Part shown: one piece after another, positions 13,117 to 25,419 of the stretch | Layout: the number at the start of each line of letters is the position of its first letter | Position numbering within the stretch: the stretch's first letter is position 1 | Origin: Malacoraja senta | Taxonomy: Eukaryota | Length of the DNA stretch: 64,000 nt | Assembly (NCBI GenBank): GCA_038087875.1 | Contig: CM075988.1 | Location: forward strand, 16,308,001-16,372,000 | Direction of reading: 5' to 3' | Made by a program: the position numbers and the translations under genes | The notes under the pieces: generated by a model | The model's database searches: none | The model's input: the letters and a program-made list of their open reading frames with translations, nothing else | Told to the model about the DNA's origin: nothing

Positions 13117-14094
13117 TCTAGAAGTGGTGCAAAGACAAGACGGGGAACTACCAGTCAGTGAGCTTGACTTTGGTGGTGGGTAAGTTACAGCAGGGGTTTC
13201 TAAGGTTCAGGATCTACCAACATTTATGTTAGGCAAGGATTAATTTGAGATAGTGTGGCTTTGTGCATGGGAAATCATCTCACAAAAATTTGATGGTCTT
13301 TTGAAGTCACCAAGACAATTGACGAATTTAGGTCGGTGGATGTTGTCGGCCTTTGACAAGGTCTTGACAAGGGCTAGTCTAGAAGGTTAGATCACATGGG
13401 AACTAGATTGAGCTAGCAAATGATTAAAAATTGGCTTGTAGGAAAGAGGCTCAGGATGGTAGTGGAGTGTTGGGTTTCTGATTGGAGGCCTGTGACCAGT
13501 GGAGTGCCACAAAGATCTGAGTACAGTGTTTGTCATCTTTATTCGAGAATCAAGAATATTTAAATTTACAATGTAACAAGCCCATACACAATGCACATGT
13601 AGAAAATATACGTTGTGAATCCTAGGCTTTCCTCTTCTAAAGTCACCAATTCCTTGAACTTGCAGACATTAAGACCAAAATTCTTGTTGAATTAGAATTT
13701 CCCTCCTATCTTCTGCCTGTTGTTGGCATCTTATTTCATGCATCAAGGCCCTGCTTTGCATCACCATGTAGGGATGACTGCATGTTCTGAATTGCAAATG
13801 AAGAGAGTGTCATTCTCTGTGTATCTTTGGCACAGCAGCACCTTTGGAACCAGGGAATAATGTGCAATGGATTGCACCAACAAAGGGAGACGAGCTTTGC
13901 AAAATTTGAACACAGAATTTGCCCGTTCCATTTTACATGCAGCGTGAAGAATGTCAGGGCTGGGCGGTACTGTGATGTACCGCTGCAAAGCTCGGCCCTT
14001 ACCACCATCTGAGTTCAGGAAACTCACCTGGAATAATCCTGAAGGTTGGTCTGGGGCAATAGATGGAATTGCTAAATATGTACCCTGGACTCTC

Positions 14095-15010
14095 AGTCAT
14101 AGAGTCAGACAGCATGGAAACAAGCCCTGCAGCTCAACTCAACCAAGATGCCCCATCTAAACTAGTCCCATTTCCCCCCATTTGGCTCAATTCCATCTAA
14201 ACATTTCCTATTCACTTAACCAGTGTCTTTGAAATGTTATTGTACCTCCTCTAACTGCTCACTCTGTTTACCCATGACCCTCTGAGTGAAACATTTTGCT
14301 CCCACATTTTCCATTAAATCTTTCCACACTCACCTCGGGTTCTTCATTCCCCTTTCTGGGTGAAAACAAAACATTCACCCTAGCAATTCCCAACATGATT
14401 TTATTCACCTCCCAACCTCCTCTGCTCCAAGGAATAAAGTACTAGCTTGCCCAATCTCTTCCTATAGCTCCAGAACTTGAGTCCTGGCAACATCCTCAAA
14501 TCTTCTCTGCATTCTTTCCAGTTTAATGACTTCCTTCCTATGACATTGTAACCAAAACTGAATACAATATTTCTAATGCGGTCTCACTAATGTCTTGTAC
14601 TTCTGTAACATAATGTCTCAACTTCTGTACTCCATACTGATGAAGGCAAATGTACCAAAAGCCTTCTTTACCACCCTATCTACCTGTGCCACCACTTTCA
14701 GGGAACTATGCCCTAGATCCCTCTGCTTTGCAACATTCTCCAGGCCCTGCCATTCACAGTGAAGGTCCTGCCTGGTTTGACTTCCCAAAATAAAATGTCA
14801 CACTTATCTGCATTAAACTCTATTAACCATTTCTCAGCCCACTCGCCCATCTGATTAAGACCCTGCTGTAATATTTGATAATCATCTTTGTTATCTACGA
14901 TGCACTCACTTTAATGCCTTGTACATTCTCATCCAAACTGTTGATATAAACAGCAATGGGTCCCAGCACCGATCCCTGAGGCACACCACTCATCACAGGC
15001 CACCAGACCA
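14095..15010 (-). mobile_element. CR1 (HER1-like) LINE fragment
   Basis: SGVPQGSVLGP reverse-transcriptase motif on the minus strand; CR1 tail at the 14100 end. Confidence 0.8.
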
Positions 15011-15504
15011 AAGGCCAAATCCGTGCATCAGGACTGACCCTTGCTGAGTTGCTCCAGATTCCAGCATCTGTAGTCTCCAATGTCTCCGTTGAGAATATTG
15101 CTTGCAACTCAGTGATGAGGCTGGAGGGTATTATATAGTAACTCTGAAAATCAGCCAAGCAAGTTATTACACAAGGCTTAAACTCCTCAACAAGGATGTA
15201 TGTCTTAATAATGGACTTGCATCATACTAATTAGCATAGACTTCAAAGAGCCCTTCTGCAGTCATTGTTAATTTGTTTAAATGCACCTTGATGTGGCTCT
15301 GAGCATTCAGCTGTGGAGGGAGGCAAAGTGATTTTGGGGAGTGAGATGAACCTCGTATCATTTTCTTTTTTATCTAAACTGTTAATGAAACATGAGAAGA
15401 AAAACACTGATTAAAAACAGGAAAAAATGTTTTAAATCCTGGAAGTACGACTGTCTACATTGAAGGCTCATATAAATGAGAAACTCCAACTAACTCTTAC
15501 TCAG

Positions 15505-15698
15505 ATAGACCCAAAATGCTGGAGTAACTCAGCGGGTCAGGCAGCATCTCGGGGGGGAAAAGGATTGGAGACGATTCGGGGTGGACCCAAAACATCACCC
15601 ATCCTTTTTCTCCAGCGAATCTGCCTGACCCGCTGAGTTACTCCAGCACTTTGTATCTATCTTCAGAATAAGCCAGCATCTGCAGTTCCTTTCTACTC
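15505..15698. mobile_element. Palindromic Penelope-derived element
   Basis: Inverted arms gctggagtaactcagcgggtcaggcag / ctgcctgacccgctgagttactccagc; 12-bp TSD actcttactcag. Confidence 0.8.
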
Positions 15699-17529
15699 AC
15701 TCTTACTCAGTGTTGGGAAGAAAAACAAGTCTACTTGTGAAGCTTGTTTTGTCAGAGTGCTGTGGTCGGGCCCAGCTGACAAGCATCTCGTGTTGCAGGC
15801 TTCGTTGCTTTTGTCAGACCGGGTGACACGTTTGTTAGATCTTCAGCCTTGCAGTGGCCGAGATCCTGAGGCATTCTAAACCTTTTAAGCCTTTCAGCTG
15901 AGCCGGGTTATATTAAGATGAATGATAAGATATATTAATCTGGAACAAGTGAAATATGGGGATGTAAACATCCTCTGTATAGCTTTGCTTGTTCAAAGGA
16001 GACGCCACAATCTCTGTTGCTGCATTGACTAAATAGTTGTGATAGTAAATGCAGAGGAGAGCTCCTTGTGTTGTACATTATGCAGTCGTTGGGGAATAAA
16101 TTAGTGGACTTTTTAAATCTAATATATTAAAACGTAAATTTTTCACTGCCATGTACCTAATTCCACCCTTGTGCTGATATATTTCAGACTGAGAGTTAAT
16201 TATAGAACTTGTTTGTTTCTATTACTATACTCGGATCGCAAGGACTTAAGGGAATCTTTACAATGCATGTGAGAATTGAGTATGATGTGCATTTATTTTT
16301 AGCATTACTGCACGTGTTCATTTACTGCATAATAAACCCACCATTTATCATTCATGTGAACAAGCCAATACGAATGAGATTGTTTAAAACAGTCCTTTAT
16401 TCTTATATGTTGTCAATGGCAGGAATTGAATTGCTGTTTGGTATGAATCAATTGATCTGATTGCTGCTTTTTCATGAGCACCAAGGCAGACACAGTTCCT
16501 AATATAGAAATTTATATCAGTTTTATATCAGACTTGTAAACTGGGCTCACTGGATGTTTATTCCCCTGCTTCACAGTAATGTCATTGCCATCCAGCCTGA
16601 TATTGCAGCGAGATATTAAATCAAAGAATCTACTGATTGTTTCAATAGTTCAGGAAAGGCTCATTATCTTTGGTGTATGTCTTACCCCATCTGCCCAACA
16701 ATATTTGCTCTAGTTCCAGACTTTGGAGATTGCCTGAAGCCATATTGGATTGAGTTTTCTTTAGTTAGTTATTGTCGCGTGTACCGAGGTGCAGTGGAAA
16801 ATACAGTCGGTGAAAAGATTATACATTGATTACACTTGAGCCATCCACAGTGTACAGATACAGGATAAAGGGAATAACGTTTAATGCGAGATAAGACCCA
16901 GTAGAGTCCGATTATTGATAGTCTTAGGGTTCAACTCAGGCCTGCTCTCTAGTTGGTGTTAGAGAATCAAAAGTTGCCTACAGTAAATTGCCATAAACAG
17001 CAAATAAGTTGAATACTTTTAAGAAGGGGGGGGGGGGGAGAGGTAGGTGGGATGCTGGTAAGAACACTGCGAGTCTGAATTACAACATCGATCTGTGTAA
17101 ACCTTGACCTGAACATTGCACCTATAAACAATGGCCACTCCATTACTGAGTGACTGCCAAGACCCTGCCCTGTTCTATACAAGTAAAGTCTAATCAGTGC
17201 ACATTTTTTAATTTCATTTGGTTTTACTAATAATTGAAGTGATGGCTAGCCTTTACTTCCAGCAAATTGTGATTTCCATGTACCATGAGTTACTTTGTCC
17301 TATAGGTGGTGCAGTGGGTTAGGACACATGTCCTTTCACCCGAGAGCCAACGGCTAATAGTTAGATCGAATTTTTTCATCATTCAGCCCAGCATTTTATT
17401 GCATAAAGTGATACTAACAATGCACCACTCTCCCAGTCTAAAGCCCTCAGGGGTCAGTTCAGATGAGAGAAGCGTGCAAGTTTCCTGCTTCTCAATCTGC
17501 AGAACGTTTCCATCTGGAAGGAGACTCGA

Positions 17530-18085
17530 GAGACTGCAGGTACAGGAATCTGGAGCAAAACACTAAGTGTTGGAGAAACTCAGTGGGTCAGGCAGCATCT
17601 GTGGAGGGAATGGACAGATGATGTTCTGAGTCGGGGACCCTTCTACAAGAGTGGAGTAGAGGAGAGATAACTGGTAGAAAGTGGTGAGGAGATGGGATTG
17701 GACAAGAGCTGGCAAATGATACTGAATGCAGGTAAGGGTGGGTAGGTTAGCAGATGAGTGAGATGGGTGGAGAGAGCAGCCAAGTATGGAGGTGGTGAGT
17801 GGAGAAGACAAAAGGAGTGCAAGTGTTAGCATCTAATAAGAAACGATGAGGAATGAAATGTGGAACCAAAGGAAGGGAAGATGTCTAGAAGTTAAAAGGG
17901 GGGGGGAAGGCGGAAGGGGGACCCAGAGTAGGGAGTAACGGGTGATGAGTGAATGGAGGGGATGGAGAAGAGGGAAAGAATGGGTGGGCGTATGGGGAAG
18001 AAAGGTGAGCATTGAGGGGGCAAAGGGGGAAAACTGGTTAAATATAAAATAGGGGGTGGGGGGAGGCAAGTACCTGAAACTGTAC
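17530..18085 (-). mobile_element. Older Penelope-like 3' region (purine-rich on the plus strand)
   Basis: Inverted pLTR tail (ctgcaggtacaggaatctggagc...gcagcatctgtggagggaa...ggggacccttc) followed by a long purine-rich tract, the mirror of the pyrimidine-rich tracts at 51703-52300. Confidence 0.55.
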
Positions 18086-18343
18086 CTCTCTCAGAAGTGC
18101 ATCAATATGAGTGGACAATGGATGACCCAAGTTTGGGCTGTTTTCAAGTTTGACTTGGTATCAGTGGAAGGGGTGATAACCGCCAAGAGTGTGAATGGAG
18201 ATTGTGGCCCAGTGATGGGCTTTCTAAGGAACTGGCTTCGAGTTGGCCTCAGTGTCGTGCTCAGGTGCTCACATCCACCCATGGGCCGGACATCCAACCT
18301 GTACTCTATGTGCTCAACAAAACTCCACTGAGGCCTTGACAAG

Positions 18344-18670
18344 GCGACACAGTGGCGCAGTGGTAGAGTTGTTGTTTTACAGTGCCAGAGACCCAGGTTC
18401 AATCCTGACTCTGTGCTGCCTGTACAGAGTTTGTACATTCTATGTGTGTTTTCTCCTGGTGCTCGGTTTCCTCCCACATCCCAAAGACATGCAGGTTTGG
18501 AGGTTAATTGGCTTCGGTAAAATTGCCCCTAGTGTGTAGGTCATTGTTAGTGTATGGGGTGATCAATGTTCGGCATGGACTCGGTGGGCCAAAGGGCCTG
18601 TTCGGCAATGTTCGGCATGGACTCGGTGGGCCAAAGGGCCTGTTTCCCCACAGTATCTCTCCTAGTCTAA
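18344..18670 (+). mobile_element. V-SINE with tandemly duplicated 3' segment
   Basis: Family match; 39-bp repeat at 18564-18602 and 18606-18644. Confidence 0.85.
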
Positions 18671-19164
18671 AGGTAAGGGTAAACAGCTGGCCCTATAAAA
18701 CCTATTCTATAAATGGCAAATTGTATAAAGACCAAGAGAACTCTGAGCAGGAAATAAATCTTGTACTGGCAGAGCACCAAGGCAAATTCCTTGTATGTGA
18801 ATACTTGGCCAATAAACTTACTTACTTATTTACTGTGATGTTTAGATGGAATTCATTGAATAATTAGGGTCCAAGCTTATTATAAAGAGGGATTACTGTG
18901 AAAGGTTGTTTAAACAGATCGCTGACCAGAGCCAAGAGGAATCAAAACAGCATCAGGATGAATGTGCATTGATTGGAACAATTAACAGTTTCTCTCTCCA
19001 CGGGTGCTGCCTGACTTACTGTGTAATGTCGGAGCTGCTGTATTTTGCACACACTGTTATTATTTCACTCGGCTGTTGATGTACTAAACCAAGTCTCATC
19101 CAATGGTTCGGGTTGACAAAAAAGAGCAAGGGATGCCCCCCCCCCCCCCCCCCCCCCCCCGTAG

Positions 19165-19600
19165 CATTGATGGCTCTGGGCCTGTACTCGTTGGAGTTTA
19201 GAGGGATGAGGGGGGGATCTCATTGAAACCTACTGAATAATGAAAAGCCTGGACAGAGTGGATGTGGAGAGGGTGTTTTCATTTGTTGGAGAGTCTAGGA
19301 CCCAAGAGCACAGCCTCAGAATAAAAGGACATACCTTTGGAATGGACACAAGGAGGAATTTCTTTAGCCAGAGGGTGGTGAATCTGTGGAATTCATTGCC
19401 ACAGACTGCTGTGGAGGCCAAGTCATTGTGTATTTCTAAAGTGGAGATTGATAGGTTCTTGATTAGTAAGGGTGTCAAAGGTTATGATGAGAAGGCAGGA
19501 GAAGGGGGTTGGGAGGGAAGAATAGATTAGCCATGATCAAATGGCAGAGCAGACGTAATGGGCCGAATGGCCTAATTCCGCTCCTATGTCTTATCGTTTT
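19165..19600 (+). mobile_element. CR1 LINE 3' fragment
   Basis: RNFFSQRVVNLWNSLP and tail gggccgaatggcctaattc...ctcctatgtctt. Confidence 0.85.
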
Positions 19601-20034
19601 ATGGTATCTTGACCAATATTCCTGCAAGAAAGTAATTTGCAGATTGTCAGATCTTCCGATGTGCAATACATCGCAGCTCTGACCGCACAGAATTCATTGA
19701 AAATAATTCTGTATTCCGAAGACCTTATTTATCAGGTAAAAATGTAAACAGCATTGGGTTAATTGGTAACGTCCTCCACAGTTTAGTTCTTCGACCTTCA
19801 CTGGCCAAGGTGGAGCATGAACAAGACGTGAGCAGGCTGCTGGCATCTGTCTTAGTGAGAGGGGTCTCGGCACCTGGCAGGGGAAAGGCTAGAGAGGCAA
19901 CATTAATGGAGACGGAGCAACAGATGGCGGCTCCACTCCAGGCATCTCCACTGACAGATACAAGGTGGTACGTGTCACTTCTGACAACGGAGCAAGCCCA
20001 CAGCAGCCCAATGCAAACCAACACTCCCGACATT

Positions 20035-20390
20035 ATGTGTGGGAAGGAACTGCACATGCTGGCTTACACCAAAGATAGACACACATTGCTGGAGTAACTC
20101 AGCGGTACAGGCAGCATCTCTGGAGAGAAGGAATGGGTGACGTTTTGGGTCGAGACCCTCCTTCAGACAGAGAGGGTGTTGCAGAACTCTCGTCAGAGAG
20201 AGGAGGAGAACTTCTTCAAAGTAGGCATGCCTTGAGGAGACTTCGCAGTAGAGCAGACAAAATGTGTAGGAAGGAATTGCAGATGCTGGTTTGCATTGGT
20301 CTCGACCCAAAACGTCACCTATTCCTTCTCTCCAGAGATGCTGTCTGTCCCGCGAGTGTTGCTCCAGCATTTTGTGTCTTTCTCCTGAAA
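20035..20390. mobile_element. Rearranged Penelope pLTR fragments
   Basis: Inverted pLTR-tail copies with a hammerhead remnant (minus strand: ctgaaggagggtctcgacccaaaacgtcacc) around an extra ~120-bp segment. Confidence 0.65.
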
Positions 20391-20632
20391 TTATAGTGAA
20401 GTCAAAACCCACAGTACAACTCTGAATTGGGTTTTAAAGCTGAATGGTCTCCTGGGAATTAAGCCATTCATTCTGCAAACCCTGGCTCTGCCCTGGGCTG
20501 TGCACTGAGGTGTAAGCAATGCTTCCCTGCCATCCGAAGGAAGTCCAAAAAAGGTGCAGGTACTATTGCAACGTTTAAGAAACATTAGACAAGTACATGG
20601 ATGGGATGGGATAGGTTAGATAAAGTTAAATA

Positions 20633-21135
20633 AGACACAAAGTGCTGGAATTACTCAGCGGGTCAGGCAGCATCTCTAGAGAAAAGGAATAGGTGACAAT
20701 AGACAATAGGTGCAGGAGTAGGCCATCCGGCCCTTCAAGCCAGCACCGCCATTCACTGCAATCATGGCTGATCATCTACAATCAGTACCCCGTTCCTGCC
20801 TTCTCTCCATATCCCTTGACTCCGCTATCTTTAAGAACTCTATCTAACTCTCTCGTGAAAGCATCCAGAGCATTGGCCTCCACTGCCTTCTGAGGCAGCG
20901 AATTCCACAGATTCACAACTCTAGGGGTGAAAACGTTTTTCCTCATCTCCATTCTAAATAGCCTACCATTTTGGGTCAACACCCTTCTTCAGACTGAAGA
21001 CCTATTCAGACTTCAGGTCTTGACCCAAAACGTCCCCTAATCATTTTCTCCAGAGATGCTGCCTGACCCGCTGTGTTACTCCAGCATTTTGTGTCTATCT
21101 TCGGTGTAAATCAGCATCTGCAGTTCCTCTCTACG
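20633..21135. mobile_element. Palindromic Penelope-derived element interrupted by a CR1 3' fragment (~20698-20967, minus strand)
   Basis: Left arm breaks at aggtgaca and resumes at ttttgggtcaacacccttcttcagactgaag. The insert encodes RKNVFTPRVVNLWNSLP (CR1) on the minus strand. Confidence 0.75.
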
Positions 21136-21203
21136 TGTAGCCAAACGGCCCGAGTGTAGCGTTTGCGCGAGTGTTGATGGGACATGTTGATCAGTGTGGG
21201 CAA

Positions 21204-23245
21204 ATTCTTAGGATACATCCGAATATTCATGGGTACAATACAAAATATTCAAATAATAAGATATCTTTATATGCAGATGATGTACTACTATATATTACAA
21301 AATCACAAACTAGTATACCAAATATATTAAATTTAATTGAGGAATTTGGATCCTTTTCAGGATATAGAATAAATTGGAATAAAAGTGAAATTATGACGAT
21401 TAAACCTCAAGAATCGACACACCTGTTAAAATTCCCTTTTAAAATCGCTTCAGAAAAATTTAAATATTTGGGAATTGAAATTACTAGAAAATATAAATCT
21501 CTTTTTAATCCAAACTATATGCCCTTACTCATTAAACTAAACACACTGATTAAATTCTGGAAAACCCTCCCGATGTCTCTTATAGGCCGAATAAATGCTA
21601 TAAAAATGATCTTTTTACCACATATTTTATATCTATTCCAGTCAATACAGATATACTTACCAACATTTTTTAAAAAAAATTGGATGCTGATATTACAAAT
21701 TTTATATGGGACTATAAATCCCACAGAATCCAAAGAAAACATTTGTGTAAACCTAAGGAATTTGGTGGATTATCACTCCCCAATTTTTTATATTATTATT
21801 GGGCCACAAATGTCAAAAATATGATTCACCTGTTGGACAATTCGGCCCAGCAGGTGGATTGGATAGTAATGGAGAGAGAGGACTGTTCCCCTTTTAACAT
21901 AGGAGCGATCCTTCTCTCACCAACAAAAATAAAGAATACAATATATAGTAAAAATCCAATTATTCATAGTACAATTAGAATTTGGAAACAATTAAAATTA
22001 ATGTTAAAATTAAGAAATCTATCACTTCTTTCACCTATAATGAATAACCCTTTGTTTAAACCTTCTATGATGGATAGAGCTTTTATAAATTGAGAAAGAG
22101 TAGGAATTAAAACGTTTGGAGATATGTATGATAATGGAAGTTTTTTTAACATTTCACCAATTACAACTTAAATACAACTTGAATAGTAATCAATATTTCA
22201 AATATTTTCAACTGCGTGACTATTTGAAAAAGTAAACACGAGAATATCAAAATATGTCTCCTGACCTATTAGATGGGATAATGAATATAAAAGCGGAATC
22301 AGCTAATTTAATATCATACCTATATAATTCCATTTTAAATATAGAAATTCCATCATCGGAAGGGATTAGAAGAGAATGGGAACAGGAACTAGCTATAAAA
22401 ATCTCAAAAGAGAGTTGGGATAAACATCTCAAATAATTGGAGTTGGGATATGTGCATAAATGTTCGATTAACGTAAGACATACTCTGATTCAATTTAAAA
22501 TTTTACATAGATTATATTATTCAAAAGCTAAATTAAGTAAATTTTACCCAAATACCTCTGCTAACTGTGATAAATGCCTAGTCCAAGAATCAACTATAGC
22601 ACATTCTTTTGTTTTTTGTATAAAAATTCAAAAATGTTGTAATGAAATTTTTGAAATTTTCACTAAATTATTTAAAATAAAACTGAAACCGAATGCAGAA
22701 CTGATTATTTTTGGAACAATAGAAGCAAGTTTGGAGCTGACTGTGTTTCAAAGGAGTTTTCTTAGTTATGGCTTAATAACGGCAAGAAAAATGCTCCTAC
22801 GCCAACAATAAAAATGTGGACTTCTAATATGTCGGAATTGTTACATCTAGAAGATATGAGATTCCTCCTAGCAGGTAAACAAGACCAATTCCAAAAGATT
22901 TGGTCTCCATATATCGACTTATTACAAACATAGGGTGCAATAAAATGATGATAATAAATGGTTTTAGGACCTGGCGAGTGGTGAGTAAAGATAAGAAGTA
23001 GGTACATCCCTTTCATATTGTCCTATCTTATTTTCTTTTTCTCTTTTTTTCTTTTCTTCTTTAACTACTTCTTGTGTTTTAGGTTCACATGTGTGTTCCT
23101 GGGCCACTTTTTCATTCACTCACTGACTGTCTTTGCTACCTCTTTCTATCCTTTTTTTCTATTTAAGTTGAAAAACAGAAGTGGTACAAGAACTGTATAA
23201 ATTTACGTTATTGCAGATTACTGTAATGTAAAATACTTCTAATAA
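21204..23245 (+). mobile_element. 5'-truncated L1-clade LINE (decayed ORF2 C-terminal half plus 3' UTR)
   Basis: ISLYADDVLLY and FGSFSGYRINWNKSE (reverse transcriptase), GGLSLPN, QFKILHRLYYS...CDKC...HSFVFC (zinc knuckle); broken by frameshifts and stops. Confidence 0.9.
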
Positions 23246-23745
23246 TCTTTTTTTTTTTAATACCCCAAAAAACCCCCCACGAAATTCTGACAGAGCAGTT
23301 AAATCTAGGTAAAGTGTGTGTGTGTCTGGAAAGTCATTGATGAAACTCGATCTTTAGTGGTGGAACAAGAATTACTCTTGTAAATTAGCATATGACATCC
23401 AGTGCGGTATGTTATGATTAGATGGGGTTATTTAAATGGGGCTTCTCACGACTACCATCCATCACTGTTCTCTTTCACAAATAAATACCCATTCCTACAG
23501 CAAATGTGCTTCAGGCAATTTCACAGTCTGTGTAGGTTTACACAGATTGTATTATAGATTATGGCTTCTTGGTTACAGATCAGTAAATTACAAAACTACT
23601 GGAATAAAAAGCAACATGAGTAAGTGAAAGTAACAACCACTGCTAAACAAGAACATCTTTAGGGAAATTTCCCATTTTAACACATAATTATCATTGGCTC
23701 AAAGCCCCAACATTAATATTGAAAGCTATGTGCAATAAAGATAAA

Positions 23746-24296
23746 GTATGTCAAGGAGGACTCTCTCGAACTTCTACAGGTGCACAGTAGAGGGCATGCT
23801 GACCGGTTGCATCGTGGCCTGGTTCGGCAAACTGAGTGTCCAGGAGCAGAAAAGGCTGCAAAAAGTTGTAAACGTTGCCCAGTCCATCATCGGCTCTGAC
23901 CTCCCTACCATCGAGGGGATCTATCGCAGGTGCTGCCTCAAAAAGGCTGCCAGTATCATCAAGGACCCACACTATCCTGGCCACACACTCATCTCTCCGC
24001 TGCCATCAGGTAGAAGGTACAGGAGCCTGAAATCTGCAACATCCAGGTTCAGGAACACCTACTTCCCCACAGCCATCAGACTATTCAACACAACTTCAGA
24101 CAAACTATGAACTATAACAGCCTATTGCACTTTATCTCTGTATTTATGTGTGTGTATATATATTCTATGGTATATGGACACACTGATCTGATCTGTGTTT
24201 ATGCCTAAAATATTCTGTCGTGCTGCAGCAAGCAAGAATTTCATTGTCCTATCTGGGACACATGACAATAAACTCTCTTGACTTGACTTGACTTGA
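23746..24296 (+). mobile_element. Rex1/Babar-type LINE 3' fragment
   Basis: NFYRCTVEGMLTGCIVAWFG...LPSGRRYRSL...RFRNTYFPTAIRL; ends aataaa plus a (cttga)n tail. Confidence 0.85.
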
Positions 24297-24532
24297 ATGC
24301 TGGAGTGGTCTCAGTGCATTCATAGTTTCAGAGATGATTTAAATGGCAAAATGAATGGAGTTTAAAATTTTATTAATTTGAAACTTTGTTTATTTCTGTT
24401 ACTATACTGTCCCCCAACTCATCTACTATTGTTTCTGAACCCATTTCTCTTTTCCACAGCAAAGCAAGTGCTGGAGGAACTCAGCGGGTAAGGTAGAATC
24501 TCGGAGGGAACGGACAGATGCTATTTTGGGTC

Positions 24533-24826
24533 TTTAGACTTTAGAGATACAGTGCGGAGACAGGCCATTCGGCCCACCAAGTCTGCGCCGACCAGCGATC
24601 ATCCCGTAGACTATCACTTTCCTACACGCTAGGTACAATTTCACCGAAGCCATTATCCTACAGACCTGTATGTCTTTGGAGCGTGGGAGGAAACAGGAAC
24701 ACCCGGAGAAAACCCATGAGGTCATTGGGAGAATGTACAAACTCCGCACAGCCAGCGCCCATAGTCAGGACCGAATCCGGGTCTCTGGCGCAGTAAGGCA
24801 ACAACTCTCGCTGTGCCACTGTGCCG
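24533..24826 (-). mobile_element. V-SINE
   Basis: Family match. Confidence 0.85.
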
Positions 24827-25419
24827 CTCCAAGATCCCTCCTCCCCCCCCCCCCCACACACACACACACACCCCTACCCCTCTAGCTACCTCCCTTACAC
24901 AGGAGGAAACTTGACCTCCTGCAGAGTGGGTGCAAAATGATTCACAAGGATGTTGCTGGGACTAGGGGACTTCAGTGGAAGATCTGGCGGGCGGGGAGAA
25001 CAAGGGTGGACCTGATGCGGGATACTTTGTAACTTTGTCAGCCCCCTTTATGTGGCACTATTTGCATACATTGGGTATGCAAGCAGAGAATTTCACTGTG
25101 ATTTGTGGGGGTGGGGGGCCGTAGATAAGTGGATGGTCAGAGCCTGTTCCCGGGGTAGGCGAGGATAAAACTAGAGGGCACAGGTTTCCGGGGACCTAAA
25201 GGGCAAGTTTTTCCACACACACAGCGTGGCGGGCAGATGGAACGAACTGCCAGAAAAAGTACTCGAGTCAGCTAAAACGGCAAAAGACATTTGGACAGGT
25301 ACATGGATAAGAAAGGTTTAAATGATATGGGCCAAATGTACGCATATAGGAATAGCTCAGGTCGACACCTTTGTCGGCAAGGACCTGTTTCCGTGCTGTT
25401 TAACTATCTCCCATCCCTT

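Noticed and set aside
19917..19932. CTCF-like motif gcaacagatggcggc (similar at ~12350)
   Set aside because: Partial match only; cannot be told from chance without PWM scoring or ChIP data.
21171..22811. Possible intact or domesticated reverse transcriptase gene
   Set aside because: 5'-truncated and broken by several frameshifts and stops.
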